A stretch of 64,000 nucleotides of DNA, taken from contig JAZAMN010000014.1 of the NCBI GenBank assembly GCA_036229005.1, positions 39,785 through 103,784 of the forward strand, written 5' to 3'. Positions within the stretch are counted from its first letter, which is position 1. The number at the start of each line of letters is the position of its first letter. The DNA is from Myxococcota bacterium (GTDB lineage: Bacteria; Myxococcota_A; UBA796; CAJQPC01). A program made the translations under genes and the position numbers. Below the pieces are notes generated by a model. That model made no database searches. It was not told where the DNA came from and was given only the letters and a program-made list of their open reading frames with translations. Positions 13,700 through 23,615 of this stretch are shown one piece after another.

Positions 13700-14272
13700 A
13701 TGCCCCTGCCCGAGGTCACCACGGCCCTCAAGACCCAGCCCGCCACCCGGCACGCCGAGTCGGAAGCGGCGCCGGCCACCGCGGACGCCCTGCAGGACCC
13801 GCTGGTCGACCCCATGAACAGCGTCGCCAGCATGGCCCCGCCCGTGGAGCAGCCGATCGATGTGATGAGCATCCAGGAGATCCTCCACACCATCGCCACG
13901 TGGATGAGCATCGGGGACCCGGCGCTGCAGCCCCTGTACCAGGGGGCCTTTGGCGGCATCCACGGGCTGGTCAGCGGCTTCGTGGAGCTGGAGGTCATGA
14001 CCCGCGCCGGCGTCATGGACCCCCTCAAGGCAGCAGGGCAACGCGTGCACCTGCTCACCATGCTCGACACCTACCTGAGCACCCTCCCGGAGCAGGACCC
14101 GCGCATCGTGGCCTTCAAGGCCAGGGTCAAGCGGGACCTGGCCCAGGCCTGGGAGCGGCGCATCGAGCTGCTCCAGCAGCAGGCGACCGCCGCGGAGAAG
14201 GGGCAGCTCGCCGATGACCGCAAGAGCGTGGCCGCCATCAAGGAGTCCCTGTTCAGCGCGGTGGTCGAGTAG
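13700..14272 (+). CDS. Hypothetical helical protein
   Basis: GGAG RBS and typical codon usage; no recognised motif. Confidence 0.7.
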   Translation: MPLPEVTTALKTQPATRHAESEAAPATADALQDPLVDPMNSVASMAPPVEQPIDVMSIQEILHTIATWMSIGDPALQPLYQGAFGGIHGLVSGFVELEVMTRAGVMDPLKAAGQRVHLLTMLDTYLSTLPEQDPRIVAFKARVKRDLAQAWERRIELLQQQATAAEKGQLADDRKSVAAIKESLFSAVVE

Positions 14273-14319
14273 CCGCGCGGTCGCGCACCCTTCAGGCCGC
14301 GCCCTTCAGCTCCCGTCGG

Positions 14320-16065
14320 TCAGCTCGCTTCGGTCAGCCGCTCAGGGAGCCGCTCGGCGGTCTGAGCCAGCCTCGCGCGCAGCGCGCTCAGCTCCACCGG
14401 CTTGGACAGGAAGCCGTCCATTCCAGCCGCCAGGGCTTCGCTGCGGTCCTGGGCCATCGTGCTCGCCGACAGCCCGACCACCGGCAGCGACCGGGTGCGC
14501 GGGTCGGCGCGCAGGGCGCGGGTGGCCTGGAGTCCATCCAGAGTGGGCATGTGCAGGTCCATGAGCACCAGATCGACCGCCTCGGCGCGGGCCAGCGCCA
14601 CCGCCTCCCGGCCGTCCTGGGCCAGCAGCACCTGGTGCCCGTCCCGCTCCAGCAGCATGCGGATCACCCGCTGGTTCACGGGGTTGTCCTCGGCCACGAG
14701 CACCCTCAGAGCCGGAGCGCGCAGGCTCGGGCAGGTCTGCGCAGGGCAGGGCTCGGAGGCGACCGCTGTGGCGGGGAGTCGCAGGGTGAAGCGGCTGCCC
14801 ACGCCGGGGGTGGACACCAGCTCCAGGCTGCCCCCCATCTGCTCGGCCAGGCGGCGGGAGATGGAGAGCCCCAGTCCGGTGCCCCCGTAGCTGCGCGCCG
14901 TGGTGACCTCGGCTTGGACGAAGGGGTCGAAGATGGCGGCCTGCCGATCCGGGGAGATGCCGATGCCTGTGTCTTCGACCGCCAGGATCCACGCCTCCCC
15001 CTCCAGAGACTGGCGCAGGGTCACGCTGCCCGAGGCGGTGAACTTGATGGCGTTGCCCACCAGGTTGAGCAGCACCTGCTGGATGCGCTGGCCGTCTCCG
15101 GAGAGCGCCGCGGGCAGCGTCGGGGCCACCTGCCCGATCAGCGCGAGGCCCTTCTGCTCGGCCTTGGCCCGCTGTAGCCGCAGCACGGCGTCGGAGAGCG
15201 CCTGGGGGGCCACGGGCGCCTGAACGATCTCCAGGAGCCCGGCCTCGGCCTTGGCGCTGTCCAGGATGTCGTTGAGGATGGACAGCAGGAGCTCGCCGGA
15301 GTCCACGATGGTCTCGACGTGCTCGCGGTCCTGGGGGGAGAGCTCGGCGCCGCGGAGCAGCTCCGCTGTGCCCAGCACGCCGCTCAAGGGGGTGCGGATC
15401 TCGTGGCTCATGGCGGCCAGGACCTGGGACTTGGAGCGGCTCTCCGCCTCGGCCACCAGGCGGGCCTCGCGCTCCCCCTGACGCAGGGCCTCGGCCCGGG
15501 ACGCCGCCCGCTCGCGGAAGCCGAGCAGCAGCAGCAGCACCCCGCAGGTGGTCAGGAAGTTCTGGACCATGAACAGGCCGTTGAGGCGGTGGTCCCCGGG
15601 GTCGATGTAGGGGGCGAGGCTCTCCTCGAAGAACCAGACAGCCCCCAGCAGCACCCCCAGCGCGACGGTGGCCACGACCCCGTGCGTTCTGCCGCCCAGC
15701 GCGCCCATCGTTGGGGGCAGCATGACCAGGAAGATCAGCCCAGGCGAGTACAGGCCCCCGTCGTGGGTCATGGCCGAGAGTAGCATCAGGCCGCCCATCA
15801 CCCCCAGGTAGGCGGCCGCTGGGCCCGCGCGCCGGTACTGGCGAACCAGCACCCACACCAGGGGCAGCGCGAACAGTGCGATCAGGCCCAGGCGGGCGAG
15901 CGCGTGCATGCCCATGGCCAGGTTGGCCACCAGGCTGAGGCCCACCACGATCTCCAGAGCCAGCGCCGCCGCTACGGCAGAGCGGGCGCGCTGCAGCTCT
16001 TCGATCCCGCCGTTGATGGCGGACTCGGGCACGAGCTTCTGGAGCAGGGCTTCGATTCGGTGCAT
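14320..16065 (-). CDS. Membrane hybrid sensor histidine kinase/response regulator (paralogue of 11801-13549)
   Basis: [25 protein letters not shown], receiver LMDLHMP. Confidence 0.93.
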   Translation of the reverse strand: MHRIEALLQKLVPESAINGGIEELQRARSAVAAALALEIVVGLSLVANLAMGMHALARLGLIALFALPLVWVLVRQYRRAGPAAAYLGVMGGLMLLSAMTHDGGLYSPGLIFLVMLPPTMGALGGRTHGVVATVALGVLLGAVWFFEESLAPYIDPGDHRLNGLFMVQNFLTTCGVLLLLLGFRERAASRAEALRQGEREARLVAEAESRSKSQVLAAMSHEIRTPLSGVLGTAELLRGAELSPQDREHVETIVDSGELLLSILNDILDSAKAEAGLLEIVQAPVAPQALSDAVLRLQRAKAEQKGLALIGQVAPTLPAALSGDGQRIQQVLLNLVGNAIKFTASGSVTLRQSLEGEAWILAVEDTGIGISPDRQAAIFDPFVQAEVTTARSYGGTGLGLSISRRLAEQMGGSLELVSTPGVGSRFTLRLPATAVASEPCPAQTCPSLRAPALRVLVAEDNPVNQRVIRMLLERDGHQVLLAQDGREAVALARAEAVDLVLMDLHMPTLDGLQATRALRADPRTRSLPVVGLSASTMAQDRSEALAAGMDGFLSKPVELSALRARLAQTAERLPERLTEAS

Positions 16066-16114
16066 GGGCGCGGGGGGCTCGCCCGGTTGTCGGACAATCC
16101 CGGCCCAGCTTGAG

Positions 16115-17086
16115 TCAGTATCCGCAGTCCCCGAGCTCCTGGTTGTCGGCGGAGAGCGCCGGGTCTCCCGCGTAGGTCCAGGTGTCGGCGCAGGTCGTGA
16201 ACCACAGCGCCTTGTCCTGGTCCAGGATGCGGTAGCTGCCGTCTGTGTTGAACTCGACCACCCAGAAGTTGTCGGCGTCGTAGCGTGTGGCGGCGACGAC
16301 GTAGTGGGGGAAGTCGTAGTTCTCCTGGGCCAGCCAGCGGTGCGTGTGCCCGACCAGCGCCATCGCCAGGTTGTCGCGGCCCTGCAGCACCGAGAACACG
16401 TCGGGGTAGGGGCCCTCGGGGTCCTCGTCCTTCTCGGTGATCAGCGGCAGCATGTAGTGCGCCATCCAGACCGTGGGCTTGCCCTCGTCGAGCTGCTCCG
16501 CCATCCAGGCGAGCTGCTCGCGCCCATAGCTGGCCTTGCCCGTGTCGCAGCGGGGGTCCCCAGGGTCCCAGGTGGGCCCCAGCATCGAGTTCGCCGCGAT
16601 GAAGCGCCACCCCCCGTGGTCCACCGCGAACCAGGGCTCGGCGTCGAACAGCCTGGCAAAGAGCTGGTGGGAGAACTCCCGGCTCCACCCGCCGCCCTCG
16701 CAGTCCAGCTCGTAGTCGTGGTTGCCCCAGATCGGGTAGACCGGGGCGTCCAGCTTGCCCAGGATGTCCTGCGCGCGGGTGAACCCGGTCTCGTTGTCCT
16801 CGAACCAGCCCAGCTCCTCGGAGTGGTAGCTGTCGTGCACCACGTCCCCGAGCACAAACACCATCTCCACCGGCGGCTCGATGGCGTTGATGGCCGCGAC
16901 CGTCGCCTCCGCGCGCTCCACCGTCTTCATGATGGAGGCGTTGTCCAGCTCCCCGTTCTCGGAGGGCTCGGTGTACTGGGGCCCGATGATGTGCGTGTCC
17001 GCGACGAACGCCACGCGGAAGCTGCCGGAGGCCGGCGCGGTGTCCTCGGGGGGCTTGTCGGTGCAGGCGAGCGCGAGCAGGAGCAT
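16115..17086 (-). CDS. Calcineurin-like metallophosphoesterase lipoprotein
   Basis: ADTH, LGDVV, GNHD, GHTH motifs. Start inferred at MLLLALAC. Confidence 0.85.
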   Translation of the reverse strand: MLLLALACTDKPPEDTAPASGSFRVAFVADTHIIGPQYTEPSENGELDNASIMKTVERAEATVAAINAIEPPVEMVFVLGDVVHDSYHSEELGWFEDNETGFTRAQDILGKLDAPVYPIWGNHDYELDCEGGGWSREFSHQLFARLFDAEPWFAVDHGGWRFIAANSMLGPTWDPGDPRCDTGKASYGREQLAWMAEQLDEGKPTVWMAHYMLPLITEKDEDPEGPYPDVFSVLQGRDNLAMALVGHTHRWLAQENYDFPHYVVAATRYDADNFWVVEFNTDGSYRILDQDKALWFTTCADTWTYAGDPALSADNQELGDCGY

Positions 17087-17154
17087 GCCCGGAGGGTACA
17101 CCCCGCGCTTGGGGCCGACACGCAGCATTTCCCCCCTCGTGACCCAAGGGTTTC

Positions 17155-17553
17155 GTGCTGCGACTCTTCAACATCGGCGTCTGGTTCACCGCGCTGGGGC
17201 TCGTCTTTCTGGGCCTGCACACCCTGGTCGTCCCGGAGCTCGCTGCGCAGGGCTACGGCCTGGGCCTCTCCGGCGATGCCCCCGGCTGGATGTTGGCCGC
17301 CGGCGCCCGGGATCTGGCGTTGGGCCTGGCCCTGCTCACTCAACGCAAGCGCCCCCAGGTGCTGCTGCCTCTGCTGCTGTGCACGGCGGTGGTGCCGCTG
17401 TCGGATGTGCTGATCGTGTGGAGGGAGACCGGGGTGCTCGCGCGGGCAGTGCCACACCTCACTGGCCTCGTTGGCATCCTGGTCCTCTGTGTCATGTGTT
17501 GGCGAAAGCGAGGTCACCGGGTTGTAGCCGAGCCGCCGGAGAGCGCCGGTTAG
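17155..17553 (+). CDS. Small membrane protein (DUF4267-like)
   Basis: Four hydrophobic segments; GARDLALG motif. Confidence 0.65.
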   Translation: MLRLFNIGVWFTALGLVFLGLHTLVVPELAAQGYGLGLSGDAPGWMLAAGARDLALGLALLTQRKRPQVLLPLLLCTAVVPLSDVLIVWRETGVLARAVPHLTGLVGILVLCVMCWRKRGHRVVAEPPESAG

Positions 17554-17574
17554 CCCTCCTCTCCCGGAGGCCCG

Positions 17575-18813
17575 ATGATCCCGCTGCTGCTGTCCCTTCT
17601 CGCCTGCAACCGCACCCAGCCGGAGAGCCCGGTGGTGCAGGACTCGGACACCGGGCCCTTCTACGCGCCCGCGGTGGACTGCGGGGAGCGCGTGCTGCCG
17701 GAGCAGGGGACGCTCTACCGCTGGCCCTACCTCCAGAATCCTCAGCCTGACGGGATCACCGTCATGTGGGGCACCACCGCCGAGCGCAGCGCGACCCTGC
17801 TGTGGGGGGCGGACGCCAGCCTGGGGGAGCGGGCCACGCCGCAGGTACAGGCCATCACCGACCTGGACCCGCTGATGAACCTGCAGCACGTCACCCTGAG
17901 CGGGCTGGAGCCCGGCACCACCTACTGCTACGGCCTCGAGGTGGACGGGCAGGTCGTGGCCAGCGGGCTCAGCTTCCAGACCGCCCCGGAGAGCCCCCGG
18001 GCCCCGCTGCGCTTCATCGCGCTGGGCGACTACGGCAACGGCAGCCCCGAGCAGATGGCGGTGCTGGAGGCCATCAAGCGGCACAGCGACGGCGTGCACT
18101 TCTGGGTGACCCTGGGCGACAACGCCTACACGGATGGCCTGCACCCGGAGTTCCAGGAGAAGGTGTTCGCCGTCTACCAGGAGCTGTGGCTGGACACGCC
18201 CGTGATGCCCACCCCCGGGAACCACGACTGGCGCGCGGGGAACCTGACCCCCTACCAGGACAACTTCACGGTCCCCCGCATGGTCGCCGAGCGCGACGAG
18301 CAGGAGGCCTACTACATCTGGCAGTGGGGCGCGCTGGAGCTGCTGGCCCTGGACTCCGCGGACTCGCTGCTCAACGTCAGCGCCCAGGACGGCGACGAGC
18401 TGGACTGGCTGGACCAGGTGCTGGCCACCGAGCAGGAGCGCTGGCGCATCGCGGCCTGGCACCACCCCGCCTACACCGGCCAGCCGAACCGGACCCCGGA
18501 GCTGCAGGTGGTCCTGGGCCTGCGGCCCGCCGTCGAAGAGGCGGGGGTCCCCCTGATCCTGACCGGCCACAACCACATGTACGAGCGCTTCTCCAACGTG
18601 AAGGCGGACCAGAAGGTGGAGCAGGGGAGCACCTTCATCACCAGCGGGGGCGGCGGCGCCAGCCTCTACGAGATCGGCCCGAACGAGCTGCTGGACGTGA
18701 ACGCCCAGGCCCACCACTTCCTGCTGGTGGATGTGGACGCCTGCACCATCCGGCTGCGGGCGATCTCGTCGGAGGACGCGGTGCTGGATGACTGGAGCAC
18801 CACGCGCTGCTGA
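17575..18813 (+). CDS. Purple acid phosphatase-family metallophosphoesterase lipoprotein
   Basis: FN3-like LEPGTTYCY; GDYG, GDNAY, GNHD, HHP, GHNHMYER. Confidence 0.9.
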   Translation: MIPLLLSLLACNRTQPESPVVQDSDTGPFYAPAVDCGERVLPEQGTLYRWPYLQNPQPDGITVMWGTTAERSATLLWGADASLGERATPQVQAITDLDPLMNLQHVTLSGLEPGTTYCYGLEVDGQVVASGLSFQTAPESPRAPLRFIALGDYGNGSPEQMAVLEAIKRHSDGVHFWVTLGDNAYTDGLHPEFQEKVFAVYQELWLDTPVMPTPGNHDWRAGNLTPYQDNFTVPRMVAERDEQEAYYIWQWGALELLALDSADSLLNVSAQDGDELDWLDQVLATEQERWRIAAWHHPAYTGQPNRTPELQVVLGLRPAVEEAGVPLILTGHNHMYERFSNVKADQKVEQGSTFITSGGGGASLYEIGPNELLDVNAQAHHFLLVDVDACTIRLRAISSEDAVLDDWSTTRC

Positions 18814-18885
18814 GACTGTGCTGTCGGGCGCGCACCCTTGGCCCGCGCACGTCATAGAGTGTCAAAGCAAACAGGAGTTCCCCCA

Positions 18886-19452
18886 ATGCTCTCTCCCGAA
18901 AGTGCCCTCCGTCGCCTCCAGGAAGGCAACAACCGCTTCGTCCAGGACAAGCTGGACGGCAAGCTGCAGGACAGCAGCCGCCGCGAGAACCTGACCAGCG
19001 GCCAGGCCCCCTTCGCCATCGTGCTCTCCTGCGCGGACTCCCGCGTGGTGCCCGAGCTGGCCTTTGATGTGGGTCTCGGGGAGATCTTTGTGTGCCGGGT
19101 GGCGGGCAACGTGGCCAACACCTCGACCATCGCGTCCATCGAGTACGCCGTCGCCCACCTCAAGACCCCGCTGATCCTGGTGCTGGGCCACGAGAGCTGT
19201 GGCGCGGTGACCGCGGCCATCGCGGGTGGGGACAACGGCTACAACCTCAACCACCTGCTCGCGCACATCGAGCCGGCCAAGGCCAAGAGCGCGGACCCCA
19301 GCGTCAACGGGGTGGTCAAGACCAACGCCTCCCTCACCGCCCAGGAGCTCTGCGAGCGCTCCGCCATCATCAAGGGCGCGGTGGACAGCGGCGCGCTCAA
19401 GATCCAGGCCGGCTACTACGAGCTGGGCAGCGGCAAGGTCGAGCTCCTCTGA
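18886..19452 (+). CDS. Beta-class carbonic anhydrase
   Basis: CADSRV, RVAGN and LGHESCGAV Zn ligands; AGGAG RBS before ATG 18886. Confidence 0.95.
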   Translation: MLSPESALRRLQEGNNRFVQDKLDGKLQDSSRRENLTSGQAPFAIVLSCADSRVVPELAFDVGLGEIFVCRVAGNVANTSTIASIEYAVAHLKTPLILVLGHESCGAVTAAIAGGDNGYNLNHLLAHIEPAKAKSADPSVNGVVKTNASLTAQELCERSAIIKGAVDSGALKIQAGYYELGSGKVELL

Positions 19453-19508
19453 GCTGGCTGCGCTGAGAATTGCTTCAAGGCGGGGGGGGCTCGTCCGATC
19501 CCTGGTGC

Positions 19509-20021
19509 ATGAGCGCCCACCCCCTGGCTGAGATCATGGCCGAGACCGCCCCCATCCTGCTGATCGGGGACTCGGACTCCGACCGCTTCCCGCGGGCCTC
19601 CCACGCCAACTACCGCAAGGCGGGGAAGGCCTTCGAGTTCTACGACCTGGGCAAGCGGGACCTGACCCAGCACGTCGATGGCAAGCCCGTCCGACGCAGC
19701 CTCTCGGAGCTCCCCGAGCAGTGGGGGGGTGATCTCGCGGTCCTCTGGCTGCACCCCGCGTCGGTGCCCGCGGGCCTGGAGGTCGCCGCGGGAGCCGGCT
19801 GCAAGCGGGTCTGGTTCAGCTTCGACACGGGCAGCCCGGGAGGGATCGCCCTGGCGGAGCGTCTGGGGATGCAGGTGGTGGAGGTCGGCCGCTGTCCGGT
19901 CTTCTACATGTCCAGCCGCCATGGCCCTTGCGCGATCCACGGCGGCGTCGTGCAGCTCACCGGACTGCTCGACGGCGCGCCCCGGGTGGCCTTCCAGAAG
20001 GGTCAACGGGAGCTGCTCTAG
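19509..20021 (+). CDS. CoA-binding (CoA_binding_2-like) protein
   Basis: AGCKRVWF...GMQVV..RCP pattern. Confidence 0.65.
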   Translation: MSAHPLAEIMAETAPILLIGDSDSDRFPRASHANYRKAGKAFEFYDLGKRDLTQHVDGKPVRRSLSELPEQWGGDLAVLWLHPASVPAGLEVAAGAGCKRVWFSFDTGSPGGIALAERLGMQVVEVGRCPVFYMSSRHGPCAIHGGVVQLTGLLDGAPRVAFQKGQRELL

Positions 20022-22174
20022 TGCCCTCGACCGCGCTGTTGGTCGTCGCAGGGCTCGCGCTGGGCGCGGAGCTGCTGGCGGTGCTCTGGCTCATCCCGCG
20101 TTCGCGCTCTCGGCGCCTGCTCAGCCTGCAGACCAGCGTGTGCTCCTGGGCGCTGCTGCACATGGTGGCGGTGCTGGGGTTGCGCCTGCAGCTCAACGCC
20201 GAGGCCGAGCTGCTGGCGAATGGTCTGCGCGCCGCTGCCGCGGTCCTCAGCGGCCTCCAGCTCGTGGAGGCGGCGCTGTGCTGGGCGCAGGTCGGGGACG
20301 CACGCGAGCGCCACCGGCTCTTTGGGCCTATGGGCCCGGTGCTGGCCCTGCTCGGTGTCCTGGCGGTGGTGGTGCTGGAGCCGCTGCTCGCGGGCAGCGC
20401 CTTGTCGGCGGTGCATCTGGTGGAGGCTGTGGTCGCGGTCGCGGTCTGCACAGCCCTCCTGCGACAGGCGCCCAAGCGTCTGCTGCGGCTGAACCCCAAC
20501 GGTCTGTTCCAGGAGCTCCCTTGGCTGCTGTTCACCTCGCTGGTACTGCTCAATGCGATGGTGTGGTTGCTCTCTGATGACCCGAGGGTGTGGATGGGCA
20601 GCCTGGCCCTCCACGCAGGCCTCGTCCTCCTCTGGGCCTGGTCAGCGGACCGCGCACACCCGCTGAGTCTGGGGCCTGGAAACGCGGGCGCGGCGTCCCT
20701 GCGGAGCCTCCAGGAGGCGCTGATCCTCTTGAACCGCGGTGGGATCGTGGACTACGCCAACCCGGCGTCGGTGCGGATGCTGGGGATGGACCTGACGGGC
20801 AGCGCCCTGACCTCCGTGTTGGAGGGCGGCACCCTCAAGCCCGGCCTGCGGCGGATGCGCAGCGGCTCCGGCGAGTGGCTGGATGTGATGTGCAGCCTGG
20901 CCCCCATCCACCTTGGGGGGGAACGCGTCGGCACGGCGGTGTCGCTGGTCGACATCGGGGAGCTGCAGGAGGCGCGGCGCTCGGCGGAGCAGGCGGCGCA
21001 GGCGCGGGCGGACTTCCTGGCAGTCATGAGCCATGAGATCCGCACACCAATGAACGGGGTGCTGGGGCTGGCCCACCTGCTCGCGGACACCCGGCTGGAC
21101 GAGACCCAGACCAAGTGGGTGGGGACGATGGTGCAGAGCGCCGATGCGCTGCTGGTCATGCTCTCGGACATCCTGGACCTCTCCCGCATCGAGTCGGGGC
21201 AGGTGGAGCTGGAGATGGTGGCCTGGGAGCCTCACAAGGTGCTGGAGGCCAGCCTGGAGGTGGTGCGGCCCCAGGCCGAGAGCAAGGGTCTGGAGCTGAT
21301 CCTGGAGGACACCGCGCTCCCATCGTTCGTCAAGGGCGACCCGACGCGCTTCCGGCAGGTGGTGCTGAACCTGCTCTCGAACGCGGTGAAGTTCACGCAC
21401 GAGGGGCGGGTGACCGTCCGCGCCGGGTGGGCGGATGGCCGCCTGAGCGTGCAGGTCGAAGACACCGGCATCGGCATCCCCGCCGAGCAGATCAGTGGCC
21501 TGTTCGACGCCTTCACGCAGGTCGACAGCTCCCACACGCGGCGCTTTGGTGGCTCGGGGCTGGGGCTGGCGATCAGCCGCAGCTTCGTGGAGATGATGGG
21601 GGGCCAGCTCACCGTCGAGAGCGCGGTGGGGTACGGGAGCTGCTTCGGTCTGGAGATAGACGCGCCCAGGGCCCGCGGAATCGTTCGGCGCACCAGCCCC
21701 ACGGGCACTCGGGTCGCCATGGCCAGGCTGCGGGTGCTCATCGTCGAGGACAACGCGGTGAACCGCATGGTGCTCAAGGCGATGCTCGCGAACCTGGGCA
21801 TCGAGCCGCTGGAGGCCGAGAACGGCCAGGAGGGGGTGGACGTGGTGCTGCACAGCCGCGTGGACGTGGTGATCATGGACCTGCAGATGCCGGTCATGGA
21901 CGGGTGGGAGGCCATCGGGCACATCCGACAGTCGCTGGGGGAACGGTCTCCCTGGATCGTGGCGCACTCCGCGAACGTGCGACAGGAGGACATCGCGCGC
22001 GCCCTGGAGGCTGGCGCCGACGACCACCTGGCCAAGCCCACAACCCCCGCCAAGGTGGAGGCCGCGCTCTATCGGGGGCTGCTCGAGCGCAGGGGGGACC
22101 TGCGGGGCAGCTCGCTGATGCTGGAGCCCGAGAACAACCCCTTCCGCGTCAACGCAACTGGAACCCGAGGGTGA
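20021..22174 (+). CDS. Membrane PAS hybrid sensor histidine kinase
   Basis: About 7 TM segments, PAS-like [16 protein letters not shown], receiver MDLQMP. GTG start overlaps the upstream TAG. Confidence 0.9.
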   Translation: MPSTALLVVAGLALGAELLAVLWLIPRSRSRRLLSLQTSVCSWALLHMVAVLGLRLQLNAEAELLANGLRAAAAVLSGLQLVEAALCWAQVGDARERHRLFGPMGPVLALLGVLAVVVLEPLLAGSALSAVHLVEAVVAVAVCTALLRQAPKRLLRLNPNGLFQELPWLLFTSLVLLNAMVWLLSDDPRVWMGSLALHAGLVLLWAWSADRAHPLSLGPGNAGAASLRSLQEALILLNRGGIVDYANPASVRMLGMDLTGSALTSVLEGGTLKPGLRRMRSGSGEWLDVMCSLAPIHLGGERVGTAVSLVDIGELQEARRSAEQAAQARADFLAVMSHEIRTPMNGVLGLAHLLADTRLDETQTKWVGTMVQSADALLVMLSDILDLSRIESGQVELEMVAWEPHKVLEASLEVVRPQAESKGLELILEDTALPSFVKGDPTRFRQVVLNLLSNAVKFTHEGRVTVRAGWADGRLSVQVEDTGIGIPAEQISGLFDAFTQVDSSHTRRFGGSGLGLAISRSFVEMMGGQLTVESAVGYGSCFGLEIDAPRARGIVRRTSPTGTRVAMARLRVLIVEDNAVNRMVLKAMLANLGIEPLEAENGQEGVDVVLHSRVDVVIMDLQMPVMDGWEAIGHIRQSLGERSPWIVAHSANVRQEDIARALEAGADDHLAKPTTPAKVEAALYRGLLERRGDLRGSSLMLEPENNPFRVNATGTRG

Positions 22175-22976
22175 GCGCCGTGAGGTGGATCCAGTTGCGG
22201 TTGTAGCCGTCGCCGGGGCCCGTGTTGTCGTCGTCCGTCCCCACCGCGCCGCCGCCGATGTAGCGGAGGCTCAGGTACGCATCCACGCCGCTGTCCAGCT
22301 CCAGCCCCACGCGGGCGTTGGCGTCCAGGATGGCGCCGACCACGTCGTTGTTGTCGCCGTTGAGGTAGCTGATGGGCGCGTAGAAGCCGTCCGCCTCCAC
22401 CCCCCACCAAGCCTGCTCACCGAAGGGCTGCCGGGTGCGTACCTTGAGGATGGGGACCGGCCCGATGTTCCGGTTGCTGCGCTGCTGGGTGCCGTCCTCC
22501 GAGCGGAAGTCGATCACGGCGTTGCGGAGCTGCAGGCTCGCGCCGATGGCCAGCTCGCGGTCGGCCCCGGGCTGGAGGTCGTAGAGGTAGGAGGCGCGGG
22601 TGTAGGAGAAGCCGTAGCGCAGGGCCATGGGGGTGCCGGCGGCGAACACCTCGTCGTCCACCACCAGGTCCTCTTGCAGCAGCACCGAGGTCTGCAGGTC
22701 CAGGGGCTGGTAGAGCAGCACGATGCTGTGGCGCTGGCCCAGGTCCAGGTCGGCGCTCCAGCGGGTGGTCGCAAAGAGGTTGTCCTGGCCGCCGTCCTTG
22801 ACGTAGTCAAAGTAGGTGCCGTCCTGGTCGAACTGGATCTTGTGGGAGACGGGCAGCAGCGCGCCGACCTCGGCGTTCAGGCGGACCCGGGGGCCCTGTT
22901 GGCGGTCGCCGTTGAGCCAGGAGTCGTCGCGGTCGGGGGTGGTGGCCAGCGCCAGGGAGCTGATGAGCAGGAGCAT
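22149..22976 (-). CDS. Putative outer-membrane beta-barrel protein
   Basis: Short signal [11 protein letters not shown], alternating beta-strand pattern, C-terminal LTLGFQLR. Confidence 0.7.
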   Translation of the reverse strand: MLLLISSLALATTPDRDDSWLNGDRQQGPRVRLNAEVGALLPVSHKIQFDQDGTYFDYVKDGGQDNLFATTRWSADLDLGQRHSIVLLYQPLDLQTSVLLQEDLVVDDEVFAAGTPMALRYGFSYTRASYLYDLQPGADRELAIGASLQLRNAVIDFRSEDGTQQRSNRNIGPVPILKVRTRQPFGEQAWWGVEADGFYAPISYLNGDNNDVVGAILDANARVGLELDSGVDAYLSLRYIGGGAVGTDDDNTGPGDGYNRNWIHLTALTLGFQLR

Positions 22977-23082
22977 TTGGGAGAGCCCTCTTGGGTGTGT
23001 GCAAAGTATATACAATCTATCTCCATGGGTTGCACCCCGCCGCACCCGTGCTCCCCCGGGGTACCCTGGGAGTGGAGATTCC

Positions 23083-23592
23083 ATGCCCACTCTGCTGCTG
23101 CTGACCTTGGCCTGCGCCAAAGACGACCCCACCGACACCGCGCTGGACACCCAGGACCCTGGATCCGCCGTGGTGCTGCACATCAACGAGCTGATGGCCT
23201 CCAACAGCAGCGGCGTCCAGGACGAAGGCGGGGCCTACCCCGACTGGATCGAGCTCTACAACCCGGGCGACCAGGACATCGACCTGACCGGCTACCGCAT
23301 CACCGACGATCTGGACGAGCCCGACAAGTACATCCTGGCCGGCGTCACGGTCCCTGCAGGCGGCTATCTGCTGCTCTACGCGGACGGCGACACCGACGAG
23401 GGCCTGCAGCACCTGGGCTTCAAGCTGTCCAAGGACGGGGAGTCCGTGGGGCTCTACACCGTCGCCGACGAGCTGGTGGACTCGGTCCGCTTCGAGGCCC
23501 AGGAGACCGACATCTCCTACGCCCGGGTCAGCGACGGGGCCGCCGAGTGGGTCACCGACGACACCCCCACGCCGGGCGCCGCCAACGAGTAG
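23083..23592 (+). CDS. Lamin-tail domain (LTD) lipoprotein
   Basis: LHINELMASN, DWIELYNPG, HLGFKLSKDGE, TPTPGAAN; lipobox TLAC. Confidence 0.88.
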   Translation: MPTLLLLTLACAKDDPTDTALDTQDPGSAVVLHINELMASNSSGVQDEGGAYPDWIELYNPGDQDIDLTGYRITDDLDEPDKYILAGVTVPAGGYLLLYADGDTDEGLQHLGFKLSKDGESVGLYTVADELVDSVRFEAQETDISYARVSDGAAEWVTDDTPTPGAANE

Positions 23593-23615
23593 CGGTCACC
23601 CCAGCGGAGAGGGGC

